Below, one piece after another: positions 46,645 to 56,546 of a stretch of 64,000 nucleotides of DNA (the stretch's first letter is position 1; each line of letters starts with the position of its first letter). Below the pieces are notes generated by a model, which ran no database searches, was not told where the DNA came from, and saw nothing but the letters and a program-made list of their open reading frames with translations. Source of the DNA: Longimicrobiales bacterium. Its GTDB lineage: Bacteria; Gemmatimonadota; Gemmatimonadetes; Longimicrobiales; Gaopeijiaceae. A program made the position numbers and the translations under genes. Where the stretch lies: assembly GCA_965202985.1 (NCBI GenBank), contig CBDBCF010000001.1, positions 1,728,001 through 1,792,000 on the forward strand. Direction: 5' to 3'.

Positions 46645-47640
46645 GTGCCCCCAGCTTCCCACGTCCCCTTCGAGCGACACATCGTCGAGATGGAGGACCA
46701 GATCGCCAAGCTCCGCGAGATGGCGTCGCAACGGGGCTTGGACGTGTCCGCCGAACTGCGGGACCTGACGGCGAAGCTGGACAAGCTGAGACGCGACACC
46801 TACCGCAACTTGGGCGCCATGGAGCAGGTGCAGGTCGCCCGGCATCCGCGACGCCCCTACACGCTGGACTACGTGGCCGGCGTCTTCACGGACTGGTTCG
46901 AGCTCAAGGGCGACCGCCGCTTTCGCGACGACGAAGCCGTGGTGGGCGGATGGGCGCGCCTGGACGGCAAATCGGTCATGGTGATTGGCCACCAGAAGGG
47001 GCGCGACATGAAGGAAAACCTGCGCCGCAACTTCGGAATGCCGCACCCCGAGGGCTACCGCAAGGCGCTGCGCCTCATGAAGATGGCGGAGAAGTTCGGG
47101 CGGCCCGTGATCACGCTCATCGACACGCCCGGCGCCTATCCGGGCTTCGGCGCCGAGGAGCGCGGGCAGGCCGAGGCGATCGCCACCAACCTTCGCGAGA
47201 TGGCGCGCCTGCGCACGCCCACGGTCTCGCTGGTGATCGGCGAAGGCGGGTCCGGCGGGGCGCTGGCCCTGGGCGTCACCGACCGAATCCTGCTGCTGGA
47301 GCACTCCATCTACTCGGTGATTTCACCGGAAGGCTGCGCGGCGATCTTGTGGCGGTCCGCCGAGCACAAGAACGCGGCGGCGCGGGCGTTGCGGCTTACG
47401 TCCAAGGACCTGCTCGCCCTGGGCGTGGCCGACGAGGTGATCCCCGAACCCGCAGGCGGTGCGCACGCCGGCCAGGACGCTGCCATGCGAACCGTGACCG
47501 AGGCGCTGACGCGGCACTTGGTCGAGTTGGCGGAGGTGGAGCCGGGGCAGCTCGTGGCGAAGCGCTGGGAGAAGTACGAGGCCATGGGCGCCTGGACCGA
47601 GCCGCGCACCGTGGACGCGACCGCAGCGGGGGAAGCGTAG
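46645..47640 (+). CDS. accA: Acetyl-CoA carboxylase carboxyltransferase alpha subunit
   Basis: ARHPRRPYTLDY, GHQKGR, NFGMPHPEGYRKA, DTPGAYPG, GEGGSGGA, VISPEGCAAILW. Confidence 0.95.
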   Translation: MPPASHVPFERHIVEMEDQIAKLREMASQRGLDVSAELRDLTAKLDKLRRDTYRNLGAMEQVQVARHPRRPYTLDYVAGVFTDWFELKGDRRFRDDEAVVGGWARLDGKSVMVIGHQKGRDMKENLRRNFGMPHPEGYRKALRLMKMAEKFGRPVITLIDTPGAYPGFGAEERGQAEAIATNLREMARLRTPTVSLVIGEGGSGGALALGVTDRILLLEHSIYSVISPEGCAAILWRSAEHKNAAARALRLTSKDLLALGVADEVIPEPAGGAHAGQDAAMRTVTEALTRHLVELAEVEPGQLVAKRWEKYEAMGAWTEPRTVDATAAGEA

Positions 47641-47641
47641 C

Positions 47642-48505
47642 GTGAACCGGGCGAAGGCGCGCAGCAAGACCGCCGGTTTTGCCGAAGTGACGTTCAAGGC
47701 GACGCGTCGCGGCTACTTCCGATACGACTCCTTGGACCTGTCGCCCGGGGATCGCGTCATCGTGGAGGCGGAAAGGGGCGAAGACATGGGCGAAATTACT
47801 GCGTTGGGCAAGATCGCCGAGCGAAAGTGTTCGTCGTCCGGGGGTTGCGCCACGCCCGTCCCCGAGAGGCGCGTGATCCGCCGAGCCGGCGCGGGCGAAA
47901 TCGACCGGGCCAAGCACATGAGCACCGACGAAGACATCGCTCGACACGAGACGAAGAAGCACGTGGCCCGGCGCGGCCTCCGCATGAAGATCACCGAAGC
48001 GGAGTGGCAGTTCGACAGGAAGAAGCTCTACATCTACTTCACCGCGGAAAAGCGCGTGGATTTTCGGGCACTCGTGCGCGACTTGGCAAAGGCTTTTCGC
48101 ACGCGGATCGAACTCAAGCAGATCGGCGTGCGCGACGAGGCCGCACTGCTGGGCGGCGTGGGCCGCTGCGGTCGCGAACTGTGCTGCTCCACGTGGTTGC
48201 CGGCCGTGAAGCCCGTCAGCCTGCAGCTGGCCAAGGACCAGCGCCTGTCGCTGAACCCCGCTCACATCTCGGGTTGCTGCGGTCGCCTGATGTGCTGCCT
48301 CATGTACGAACACGACACCTACGTGGCGGCCCGCCGAAAGTTCCCCCGGGAAGGACGCAAGATCAACACGGCCCAAGGCGCCGAAAAGGTCGTCGGCATG
48401 AACATCTTCAAGGAGACGATCACGCTCCAGGACGCCGCCGGCAACCGACGCATCGTGAGCGTCGAAGACCTCAAGCAGGAGATGTCTGCGCTGAAGGGGG
48501 ACTGA
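47642..48505 (+). CDS. ricT: PSP1-domain / RicT (YaaT) Fe-S regulatory protein
   Basis: YFTAEKRVDFRALVRDLA, RIELKQIGVRDEA, CGRELCCSTW, SGCCGRLMCCLMYE. Confidence 0.88.
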   Translation: MNRAKARSKTAGFAEVTFKATRRGYFRYDSLDLSPGDRVIVEAERGEDMGEITALGKIAERKCSSSGGCATPVPERRVIRRAGAGEIDRAKHMSTDEDIARHETKKHVARRGLRMKITEAEWQFDRKKLYIYFTAEKRVDFRALVRDLAKAFRTRIELKQIGVRDEAALLGGVGRCGRELCCSTWLPAVKPVSLQLAKDQRLSLNPAHISGCCGRLMCCLMYEHDTYVAARRKFPREGRKINTAQGAEKVVGMNIFKETITLQDAAGNRRIVSVEDLKQEMSALKGD

Positions 48506-48520
48506 CAACGGGGTGGGGAA

Positions 48521-48664
48521 CTAGCGGGAGGGTGGTGTGGGACGCCATTCAAGCGCTTCCGGCACGTCCTTGAAGAGCCTCTGCAGCTCTGGAATGCGTG
48601 AGTGCCAGCGTTGCATCTCGTGCCAAACCGTCGGGTGGGCGCTTGTCACAATTGCTTGCGACAT
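48521..48664 (-). pseudogene. C-terminal remnant of the ATPase partner gene (HNH/PtuB-like by recollection)
   Basis: Third frame MSQAIVTSAHPTVWHEMQRWHSRIPELQRLFKDVPEALEW..* joined directly to the ATPase tail; the HNH core is absent. Confidence 0.45.
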
Positions 48665-49909
48665 GGTGCGGCTTCCTCGCTAGCTTCCAGTTTGCCAACG
48701 AGCTTCTTCTGGTTGAGGTTCGCCAGCTTCTCGAGCATCTCCCTGGATTCGATTGACCGATCGAGGTTTTGCCCAAACAAGTCCGTGTCGTATGCCTCCA
48801 GCAAATTGCCGTACAGCAGCCGATCCAAGGTCGTTGCCGTCAACTCGTCGTGCAGCGTCACCGGTTCCGGGGGTTGGAAGCAGCCACACGCTTCCCCTGG
48901 ACGCTGGGCGACAGATAATGGGGCTATGCGTCGTGACGAAGAATTGAATGTTGGGGAAGTGCTTCACAAACCAGTCACCGATTCTGGCCTGCCATTCTGG
49001 ATGAAGGTGGGCGTCGACTTCGTCTATGGCAACAACGCCAGGGAGCTTTACGACTCCGGTCTCGGAATCTATCCCCCTTGAGGCTGCCGACGGACCGAAG
49101 GCTGCAAACAGGAGACGCAGCAGTTCGAACACCAAGCTCATGATCGATCGATACCCGTCGCTCATATCTTCAACGTCCACTAAGGAGCCGCGACCGTCAA
49201 CGATTATTACTCGCTCCGACGTTACCTCTTTGATGCGTGTCCCGTGCGGCAGTAGGTCAGCTTGGTTCGTAAACGAAATCACGGTTCTCAGAACATCCGA
49301 TGCGTGCGGCTCGTCGGTTAGTTCCTGAATCTTCAGCATCTGCAACCACCGAAGACTTTCGCCAAGGGCGACGTTCTCGCCAAACGCAGACAGGTGGGCG
49401 GCCAAGCGTGGATGGCTGAAGTACAGCCGATCCATGGCGGGGTCGGAGCCCGCGAACCTTCGGAAGGCTCCAAACGAAGCAGAGAACCACCCGGAACCGT
49501 CGCCCCATATCGTTCGCCATGCGTATCGCTGGTTGAAGAACTTGATGTGAGTGCGGTTGCCGTTTTCGCCGTTCGTGGGCCCTGCCGAGATCCGTACTCC
49601 AAATGCTGCGGGGTCATAATATCCGCGACGACCCTGGCCAGTCCAGTAGTCGTTGTCGTGCGGCACAAGCGTCACGCGAATCTCGGCGCTGTCCTTTCCC
49701 GCCGAGAGCCACCGGGACCAGTCCTGCCGGCTGGCGTGAGCATTTGCTTCGCCGACGAGTGCAATAGCAAGCGCCCGAACCACCGTGGTCTTGCCGGCTC
49801 CGTTGTCGCCCAAGAGAACATGCCAGCCGGCCTGTTCGCCGGGCCCGAGCTGCAGATCCAAGCGGTCGATGGAACGGATGTTCTTGACCGTCAGGCGCTC
49901 GACATGCAT
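48646..49909 (-). pseudogene. AAA_21/ABC ATPase (Septu PtuA-like), frameshifted near the C-terminus
   Basis: LLGDNGAGKTT, MSDGYRS, IDEVDAHLHP, TTHSP; the coherent C-terminus (LDRLLYGNLLEAY..LANLN) continues in another frame after about 48828; AT-richer than flanks. Confidence 0.75.
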
Positions 49910-49915
49910 GGCGGG

Positions 49916-50425
49916 CTAGTTATTCGGCGCCCCTGCTTCGATCCAGGCGCGGATGACGGCGATCTCGTCAGCGGGCACGGGGTCGCCCTCCTCGGGCATG
50001 TCGCCCTCGACGATCATCTCCAGCAGGTAGCTGTTCTCGGCGCTGCCGGCCTCGATCACGGTGCCGAACTCCGAGCCGGCCATGACCCGGTTGTAGTTCA
50101 GGAGATTGAGACTGGCTTCGGCGCGGACTTCGCCGCTGTCGTCCACGGCGCCGTGGCACTTGGCGCAACGCTGCTCGAATATGGGGAGCACGTTTGCCGA
50201 AAAGCTGACGGTGTCCTGGACGGCGGCGATGCCCGGGCGATCCGACCCCGGCAACGACAGTTCCGAGTCGTTGGGCGCCGGGCGGGTGATCTCAATGGCC
50301 GCCCCGTGCGCCGTCGCGCCGGTCAGGGTGGCTGCGACGACGGCGATCGCGATGCCGGCCGCGACGCCGAGCGCGACGATGCCTCGTGCCGCGCCCGACG
50401 CCAGACCTGCTCGACGTTCGAACAC
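49916..50425 (-). CDS. Monoheme c-type cytochrome (planctomycete cytochrome c-like domain)
   Basis: VSFSANVLPIFEQRCAKCHG, SYLLEMI..GDMP, IRAWIEAGA; signal peptide. Confidence 0.82.
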   Translation of the reverse strand: MFERRAGLASGAARGIVALGVAAGIAIAVVAATLTGATAHGAAIEITRPAPNDSELSLPGSDRPGIAAVQDTVSFSANVLPIFEQRCAKCHGAVDDSGEVRAEASLNLLNYNRVMAGSEFGTVIEAGSAENSYLLEMIVEGDMPEEGDPVPADEIAVIRAWIEAGAPNN

Positions 50426-50427
50426 CG

Positions 50428-51084
50428 TCAGCCGATCCCCTCGGCTTCCCTCATCAGACGAAGGTGAGTTGCCGCCTGCGCCAAGCCGCCCTCGCCTTCG
50501 CCCCACGAAATCCGCCCGTCTCCGTCGGCGTCCGTGCCGTTCATGATCGCCTGGGTCATGTCGGCGATCTCGCCAGCCAGTGTCAGCGCGGCCTCCAGGT
50601 CGTCCGTGCCGGCCACCTCTTCCGCCTTCGCCAAGACTTCTTCGACCCACGCCGCCACGTTCTCGGCGCTGGTCTTGACGTGGTTGGCGTGCGCCTTGAC
50701 GGCGTCGGAAGCGTCGTCGGCCTCGCCGGCCATTCCGATGTGACGGGCCACGCCGGTAGCGGCCTTGCCCAGCCCGTAGCCCTTGCCGGGGCCGCGCTCG
50801 GCTTCGGCGGTCAGCGCGTGCACGACGTGTGTGACGTGACGCTTCACGGCGTCCAGCGACTCGGACTGCGCCGCCAAGCCGGCGTGCTGCGCGGCGACTT
50901 CAGCCTCTGCCTGGGCGGCGGCCAGGAGGCCCATGTTGTCGGGCGTGTCGTTCCACCGCTCGGCGACGTGTCCGATGTGGCGGTGCGCCACGCTCTGGGC
51001 GGAGGCTTCGACCGCGGTCGCTGCGGCAAGGACGGATGCCAGGGCGGCGACGGTCGCGGAGCCTGCGAGTCTCGACATCTGCAT
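50428..51084 (-). CDS. Exported His-rich helical hypothetical protein with EF-hand-like DADGDG loop
   Basis: ATG after AGGAG; signal peptide; HRHIGH, HVTHVVH, HANH. Confidence 0.7.
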   Translation of the reverse strand: MQMSRLAGSATVAALASVLAAATAVEASAQSVAHRHIGHVAERWNDTPDNMGLLAAAQAEAEVAAQHAGLAAQSESLDAVKRHVTHVVHALTAEAERGPGKGYGLGKAATGVARHIGMAGEADDASDAVKAHANHVKTSAENVAAWVEEVLAKAEEVAGTDDLEAALTLAGEIADMTQAIMNGTDADGDGRISWGEGEGGLAQAATHLRLMREAEGIG

Positions 51085-51392
51085 GATTTCGTTCTCCTGT
51101 TTGGCGGAGGGCTTGCTTCCCCACGACGGGGAACCTAGGACGGTCAAGCTACGAAGTGAGCAGGCGGCAGGCCAGCCTCGTCAGGCGGCGAGCTGGCCTC
51201 GAACGCCGGCGAAAATCCCGGGGCAACCGGAGGGCCCGGCCAACGCGCTTGCCCCGGCGTTGCCCGAGAGAGTACCGTTCGCGGTCGGCAATCCGCAAGT
51301 CTACCGGCTTCGCGAATCCGTGCCCGGTCGCAGGCCCGGCCTTCTTCGCGCGTGTCGCCCGCGACCCTGATTCCACCACGAGGACCGCCCCT

Positions 51393-52292
51393 GTGACAAC
51401 GTGCATTCAACCGCTGATTCCGACCGTCGCCCGACTCGTTCTGGCGATCTCCGGCGCCGCCCTCGCTGCGTGTTCGGGAGGGGCCGAATCGGCCGACGCC
51501 GACCCGGACGCCGACCGCGCTGGCGGCGAGAGGGTGCCCGGCGTTGAGACAGCGCCCGGCCATGACGCCGCCCCGTCGCCTGCTCCGCACTCCGCACCGC
51601 TCGTCCACTTGCTGTCGGAGGGTCAAGTCGCGTTCGGCATCTTCTCGGGTCCCACGACGCGGGAGCAGGGGGCCGAAATGGGACGCAACCGAGGGCTCGA
51701 CTTCGTGTTCTACTCCCTGGAGTCGGGTCCGTTCGACCTGGAGACGATGGCGGAGTACATGGCTGGCGTCGCCGACGGTTCCGGGGTCGATCCCGCCCAT
51801 CCGCTGGTGTTGCGCGTGCCGCCGATTCGGGACGACGAGGCCCAGGCTCGCGAGAACGTGGCGCGGGCGCTGGATGCGGGAGTTGCGGGCGTCGTGTTTC
51901 CCCACGTGGAGTCGGCGGAGGACGCGGTTGCGGCGGTGTCGGCGATGGGGGCGTCGTCGTGGCCGGGCAACGCTGACGGCACGCTGGTGAACATGCTCAT
52001 CGTGGAGGACAGGGCGGGCGTGGAGCGCGTTGACGAGATCGTGGGCACGCCGGGCGCGAGCGTGGTCTTCGCCGGCCCCGGCGACCTGCGGCGGGCGTAC
52101 GAAGGCGACATGACCGCCGTTGAAGACGCCATCCAAACCATCCTGAACGCCTGCAAGACGCACGTCGTTCCGTGCGGCATCACGGCCGGCGCCGACGATA
52201 TCGGAGATCGGATCGCACAGGGCTTTCGCGTGTTCATCGTAAGCGACACGGCCGCCGTGACGGCTGGGCGCTTGGCTGAAGAGGGGAGATGA
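51393..52292 (+). CDS. HpcH/HpaI aldolase-family protein with lipoprotein signal
   Basis: RALDAGVAGVVFPHVESAEDA, LIVEDRAGVERVDEI, FAGPGDL; lipobox LAAC; GTG after GAGG. Confidence 0.78.
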   Translation: MTTCIQPLIPTVARLVLAISGAALAACSGGAESADADPDADRAGGERVPGVETAPGHDAAPSPAPHSAPLVHLLSEGQVAFGIFSGPTTREQGAEMGRNRGLDFVFYSLESGPFDLETMAEYMAGVADGSGVDPAHPLVLRVPPIRDDEAQARENVARALDAGVAGVVFPHVESAEDAVAAVSAMGASSWPGNADGTLVNMLIVEDRAGVERVDEIVGTPGASVVFAGPGDLRRAYEGDMTAVEDAIQTILNACKTHVVPCGITAGADDIGDRIAQGFRVFIVSDTAAVTAGRLAEEGR

Positions 52293-52296
52293 AGAC

Positions 52297-55140
52297 ATGA
52301 GAATTCGTACAGGAAGCGCGGCCACGGCCAGCTTGAACCGCTCGTTTGCGCTGGTTCGACTGGGCGCGCTCGCCCGTCCGTCGCGCGCGTTGGCAACGCC
52401 GAGCTTGCCGTTCGAGGGTTCGCGTACGCTCGCCGGCTCGTTCGCGTTGGCCGCGGCGCTCGTGCTGGCGCCGATGCCCGCCCGCGTCGTCGGCCAAGAG
52501 GTCGTCGGCCAAGGGCCCGCGCCGGAGATCCCGTCGCCCGAGGCCTTCTTCGGCCATCCGATGGGCGCGGATCGCAAGCTGGCCCGCTGGGACCGGCTGG
52601 TCGCCTACTACGAGCTGATCGGCGAACGCAGCGACCGCGTGCAGGTCGTGCACATGGGGCCGTCGACCTTGGGCGAGCCGTTCCTGGCGCTGTTCGTGTC
52701 GTCGCCCGAGAACTTGGCCCGGCTGGGCGAGCTTCGGGAGATGAACGCCGTCCTTCAGGACCCGCGAGGACGCTCCCAGTCCGAGATCGACGCGGCGGTA
52801 GCCGGCAGCAAGGTCGTGTTCGTCCAGTCGTATGCGCTGCACTCCACGGAGGTCGCAGGCAGCCAGTCGGCGGCGGAGGTCACGTATCTGTTCGCCGTCC
52901 GAGACGACCCGGAGATCCACGAAATACTGGACAACACGGTGTCGATCTTGATCCCGGCGTTCAACCCCGACGGCGTCGACATCGTGACCGAATGGTACGA
53001 TCGCTGGGCGGGCACCGAGTACGAAGGCGCAAGCCCGCCAGAGCTGTACCACCACTACATCGGGCACGACAACAACCGCGACGCCTTCATGCAGAACACG
53101 ATCGAATCGCAGTACGGAGCGCAGATCATCTTTCGCGAGTGGGTGCCGCAAGCCTACATCGATCACCATCAAATGGGCGCGTACACGGCGCGCATCTACC
53201 TGCCGCCCTACGCCGAGCCCATCCGCCCCGGCGCCGATCCGCTGGTGTGGCGCGAAATGTCCTGGTACGGCGCCCACATGGCGTACCGCATGGAGGAAGC
53301 CGGCTTCCAGGGCACGGTGAACGCCGCGATCTACTCGGGCTGGGGGCACTTCGGCTTTCACTGGATCACGCCGTTCCACAATATCGCCGGGATGCTGACA
53401 GAGTCCGCGAGCGCTCGATTGGCCACGCCGCTGTACGTGCATCCGGACCAGCTTCGGGGTTCGCGACAGCTGCCCGAGTACGAAGCGCAGACGACGTTCC
53501 CCAACCCCTGGCCCGGCGGCTGGTGGCGCGTGCGCGACATCGTGGACCGGCAGGTTGCGGCCACGTTCACGCCCTTGGAGCTTGCCGCCAAGAACCGCGA
53601 AACCGTGTTGCGCAACGCCTACCACAAGGCCAGCCGACAAGTCCAGCGCGGGCTGGAGGGCGACGTCAAGGCGTACATCGTGCCCGCGACGCAGCACGAC
53701 CCGCTCACGATGCGGAAGATGGTGCACAAGTTGCTGCTGCAGGGGATCTCCGTCGAGCGTGCGCCCTCCGAGTTTGCGCACGAAGGCCGGTTGTACGGCC
53801 CCGGCAGCTACGTGGTGTCGATGGGCCAGCCCAAGCAGGGCGTGATCCGCTGGCTGCTGGGGCGCACCTTCTATCCGGACAACAGCTATACGCGCAACGC
53901 GGAGGGCGACCCGATTCGGCCCTACGACATGTCCGGCGACGTGCTCGCCGAGTTCATGGGCGTCCGCGTGGACCCGGTCGGGACGCATGTGGAGGCGCGG
54001 TTGGAATCGGTGGCGCTTGCAGACGGGGCGTCGGGCGCTGGGGCGTTGGGCGACCAAGCGTTCACACCCACATCGGACCGGGCGGGCGCGCCGAGCGGCC
54101 CGTGGCACGACCGCTCGGGGCCGTTGTTCGTGGCAGGCGCCGTGGCCGAGTCTGTGCCGGACGGCTACATGATCGACGGGTCGCTGAACGACGCCTTCAA
54201 GGCCGTGAACCTGCTCTTCGACGCGGGCGTGGCCGTGGAGCGGGTCGTGGAGGACGGCGACGGCGCGGCGCGGGGCGACTTCGTGGCCAGCGCCGACGCG
54301 GACCGCGAGACCTTGCAGGAAGTGGCCGCCGCAACCGGCGTGGACTTCGATGCTTTGGACGCCGCCGCCGCGCGCGTTCGCCGTCCCCTGACCCGCCAGC
54401 GCATCGGCATGTACAAGCGCTACTACAACGGCAACATGGACGAAGGCTGGACTCGTTGGCTGCTGGAAGACTTCGGCTTCCCGTACACCAGCCTGTTCGA
54501 CCAGGAGATCTTGGCCGGCGACCTGCACGAGCGGTGGGACGTGATCATTCTGCCGTCGGACAGCAAGACGATGATGCTGGGTCCCACGGAACGGCCCGCC
54601 GGCGGGCGGGGTCCCGATCCCATGTCCACGCCGCCCGACTACCGAAGCGGCTTCGGCGAGGCGGGCGCCGACGCACTGGAATCTTTCGTGCGGAACGGCG
54701 GCACGCTGGTCACCTTCGCCCAGGCCGGCAGCCTTGTCGTGGACGAGTTCGACGTGCCCGTGCGCGACGCCGTGGCCGGCATGTGGGGCAACGACTTCTG
54801 GGCGCCCGGCTCCACGCTGAAGGTCGACGTGGACACCTCCAGTCCCTTCGCCTACGGGATGCCCGAAGACGCGCTGGTCGCCTACTTGGCCGGCGGACAG
54901 GTGTACGAAACCGTCCCCGGCGCCCGAAGCGCCCGAGTGCGCCGCGTCGTCACCTATCGAGAGCGCGACATCTTGCAGAGCGGCTGGCTGCTGGGCGAAG
55001 AAGCGATCGCCAAGAAAGCCGCCATGGTGTCGGTGGAGCACGGCGAAGGCGTCGTCGTGATGATCGGCTTCCGTGCCCAGCACCGTGCCCAGACGCACGG
55101 CACGTTCAAGCTCCTGTTCAACGCGCTGATGGGAGGGTGA
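52297..55140 (+). CDS. M14 family zinc carboxypeptidase, exported
   Basis: LHSTE, NPDG, HDNNRD, DHHQM; C-terminal GATase-like region (MDEGWTRW, FRAQHRAQTHGTFK). Confidence 0.88.
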   Translation: MRIRTGSAATASLNRSFALVRLGALARPSRALATPSLPFEGSRTLAGSFALAAALVLAPMPARVVGQEVVGQGPAPEIPSPEAFFGHPMGADRKLARWDRLVAYYELIGERSDRVQVVHMGPSTLGEPFLALFVSSPENLARLGELREMNAVLQDPRGRSQSEIDAAVAGSKVVFVQSYALHSTEVAGSQSAAEVTYLFAVRDDPEIHEILDNTVSILIPAFNPDGVDIVTEWYDRWAGTEYEGASPPELYHHYIGHDNNRDAFMQNTIESQYGAQIIFREWVPQAYIDHHQMGAYTARIYLPPYAEPIRPGADPLVWREMSWYGAHMAYRMEEAGFQGTVNAAIYSGWGHFGFHWITPFHNIAGMLTESASARLATPLYVHPDQLRGSRQLPEYEAQTTFPNPWPGGWWRVRDIVDRQVAATFTPLELAAKNRETVLRNAYHKASRQVQRGLEGDVKAYIVPATQHDPLTMRKMVHKLLLQGISVERAPSEFAHEGRLYGPGSYVVSMGQPKQGVIRWLLGRTFYPDNSYTRNAEGDPIRPYDMSGDVLAEFMGVRVDPVGTHVEARLESVALADGASGAGALGDQAFTPTSDRAGAPSGPWHDRSGPLFVAGAVAESVPDGYMIDGSLNDAFKAVNLLFDAGVAVERVVEDGDGAARGDFVASADADRETLQEVAAATGVDFDALDAAAARVRRPLTRQRIGMYKRYYNGNMDEGWTRWLLEDFGFPYTSLFDQEILAGDLHERWDVIILPSDSKTMMLGPTERPAGGRGPDPMSTPPDYRSGFGEAGADALESFVRNGGTLVTFAQAGSLVVDEFDVPVRDAVAGMWGNDFWAPGSTLKVDVDTSSPFAYGMPEDALVAYLAGGQVYETVPGARSARVRRVVTYRERDILQSGWLLGEEAIAKKAAMVSVEHGEGVVVMIGFRAQHRAQTHGTFKLLFNALMGG

Positions 55141-56325
55141 AGGGGGTCGACGTCAACCCGGAAGTCCTGCGGTGGGCGCGCGAGACTGCCGGGCTCGGTC
55201 TCGCCGACGCTGTCGGCAAGCTGCAGTTGAGGAGTGCCCGGGGAGTCGATGCCGTTGATCGGCTTGAGGCACTGGAGGCCGGTCGTCAAGCCCCCACACG
55301 CGCCATGCTGTCCAAGATGGCTCTTGTGTATCGTCGCCCGCTTGTCGTCTTCTATCTGGACCAGCCTCCAAGACGAGCGAACAGAGGTGAAGACTATCGG
55401 ACCGACTCGTCCGAGCGCTCGGCGCGGGACGAGGCCCGGCTGGATGCGCTGATTCGAGGGGTTCGCGCCAGACAGGGCATCCTTAAGTCCGCCATGCTCG
55501 ACCAAGACGATACGGAGCCAGTCGCGTTCGTCGGCTCGGCTTCGCTGAACGACGGCATCCAAAGAGTCGTTGCATCGGCTCACGCAACCCTTGACTTGTC
55601 GCTTGCCCAATTCCGCGAAGCTCCTACTCCGGAGAAGGCTTTCGGGCTCCTGCGTGGCCAGGCCGAGCGCGCCGGAGTGTTCGTGTTGCTGCAGGGCGAT
55701 CTCGGAAGTCATCACACCCGCATCGGGGCCGGTGTCTTCCGAGGAATAGCGCTCTCCGACACTATTGCCCCATTCGTGGTGCTCAATCCCAACGACCACC
55801 GTCGAGCCTGGGCATTTACTCTCCTACACGAACTGGCGCACCTGTGGCTGGGCGAGACCAGTGTGAGCGGCGGCTTTCCGCCGGCGCGTACTGTCGAAAA
55901 GTTCTGCAACGATGTCGCCTCGAGGTTCTTGTTGCCACCCGCCGACTTGCAGCAGATCGATCCGCCAAGCGGATGCAGCATCACAACCCTCGCCTCGGCA
56001 CTGCGCGGTTATGCGAAGGATCGAAACGTCAGCACCTCGATGATGGCCTACCGACTTCATCGCTACGGCAAGATCGACCACCCCACGTGGCAGAGATTTG
56101 TTGCCTATTGGGAGGATTCGCACGAATCGGAATCGGGAGGCCTCGTTAGAGCAGTCTGGTGCCCCTACCTACTACGTGATCCGACGACATCACCTGGGTT
56201 CGAGGCTGTTGCGGTTGACCGACCACCTTATGGCCACGGGGGATCTGACCACTACCAAAGCTGCTCAGGTATTGAACGTAAGTCCACACCTGGTTCATCG
56301 AATTGCCGACGCTGTATCTTCTTGA
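55137..56325 (+). pseudogene. XRE-HTH / ImmA-IrrE metallopeptidase, frameshifted near the C-terminus
   Basis: VNPEVLRWARETAGL HTH, FTLLHELAHLWLG HExxH; expected tail GAPTYYVIRRHHLG..TTTKAAQVLNV lies in another frame after about 56110-56140; GTG overlaps the M14 stop. Confidence 0.78.
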
Positions 56326-56546
56326 TGCCAATGTACTCATTGGCGCAAGTAGGGACTACTATCCCATGGATCGTGTCCCGGAATTCTGGAAGTGGCTGTT
56401 GCACTTGGGAGAAACCGACCGGGTCAAGATGCCCGCGGAAATTCACGAAGAAGTGGGACGCGGCAACGACGTCTTGTCCAAGTGGATTCGCCAGCCCGAC
56501 AACAAGCGACGCTTGATCTTGAATAGAGCTGCGGATCGTCATCTAG

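Noticed and set aside
52992..56516. 1174-aa ORF in the track
   Set aside because: The first 715 codons are an off-frame shadow of the M14 peptidase; only the part from GTG 55137 is a real (ImmA-like) gene.
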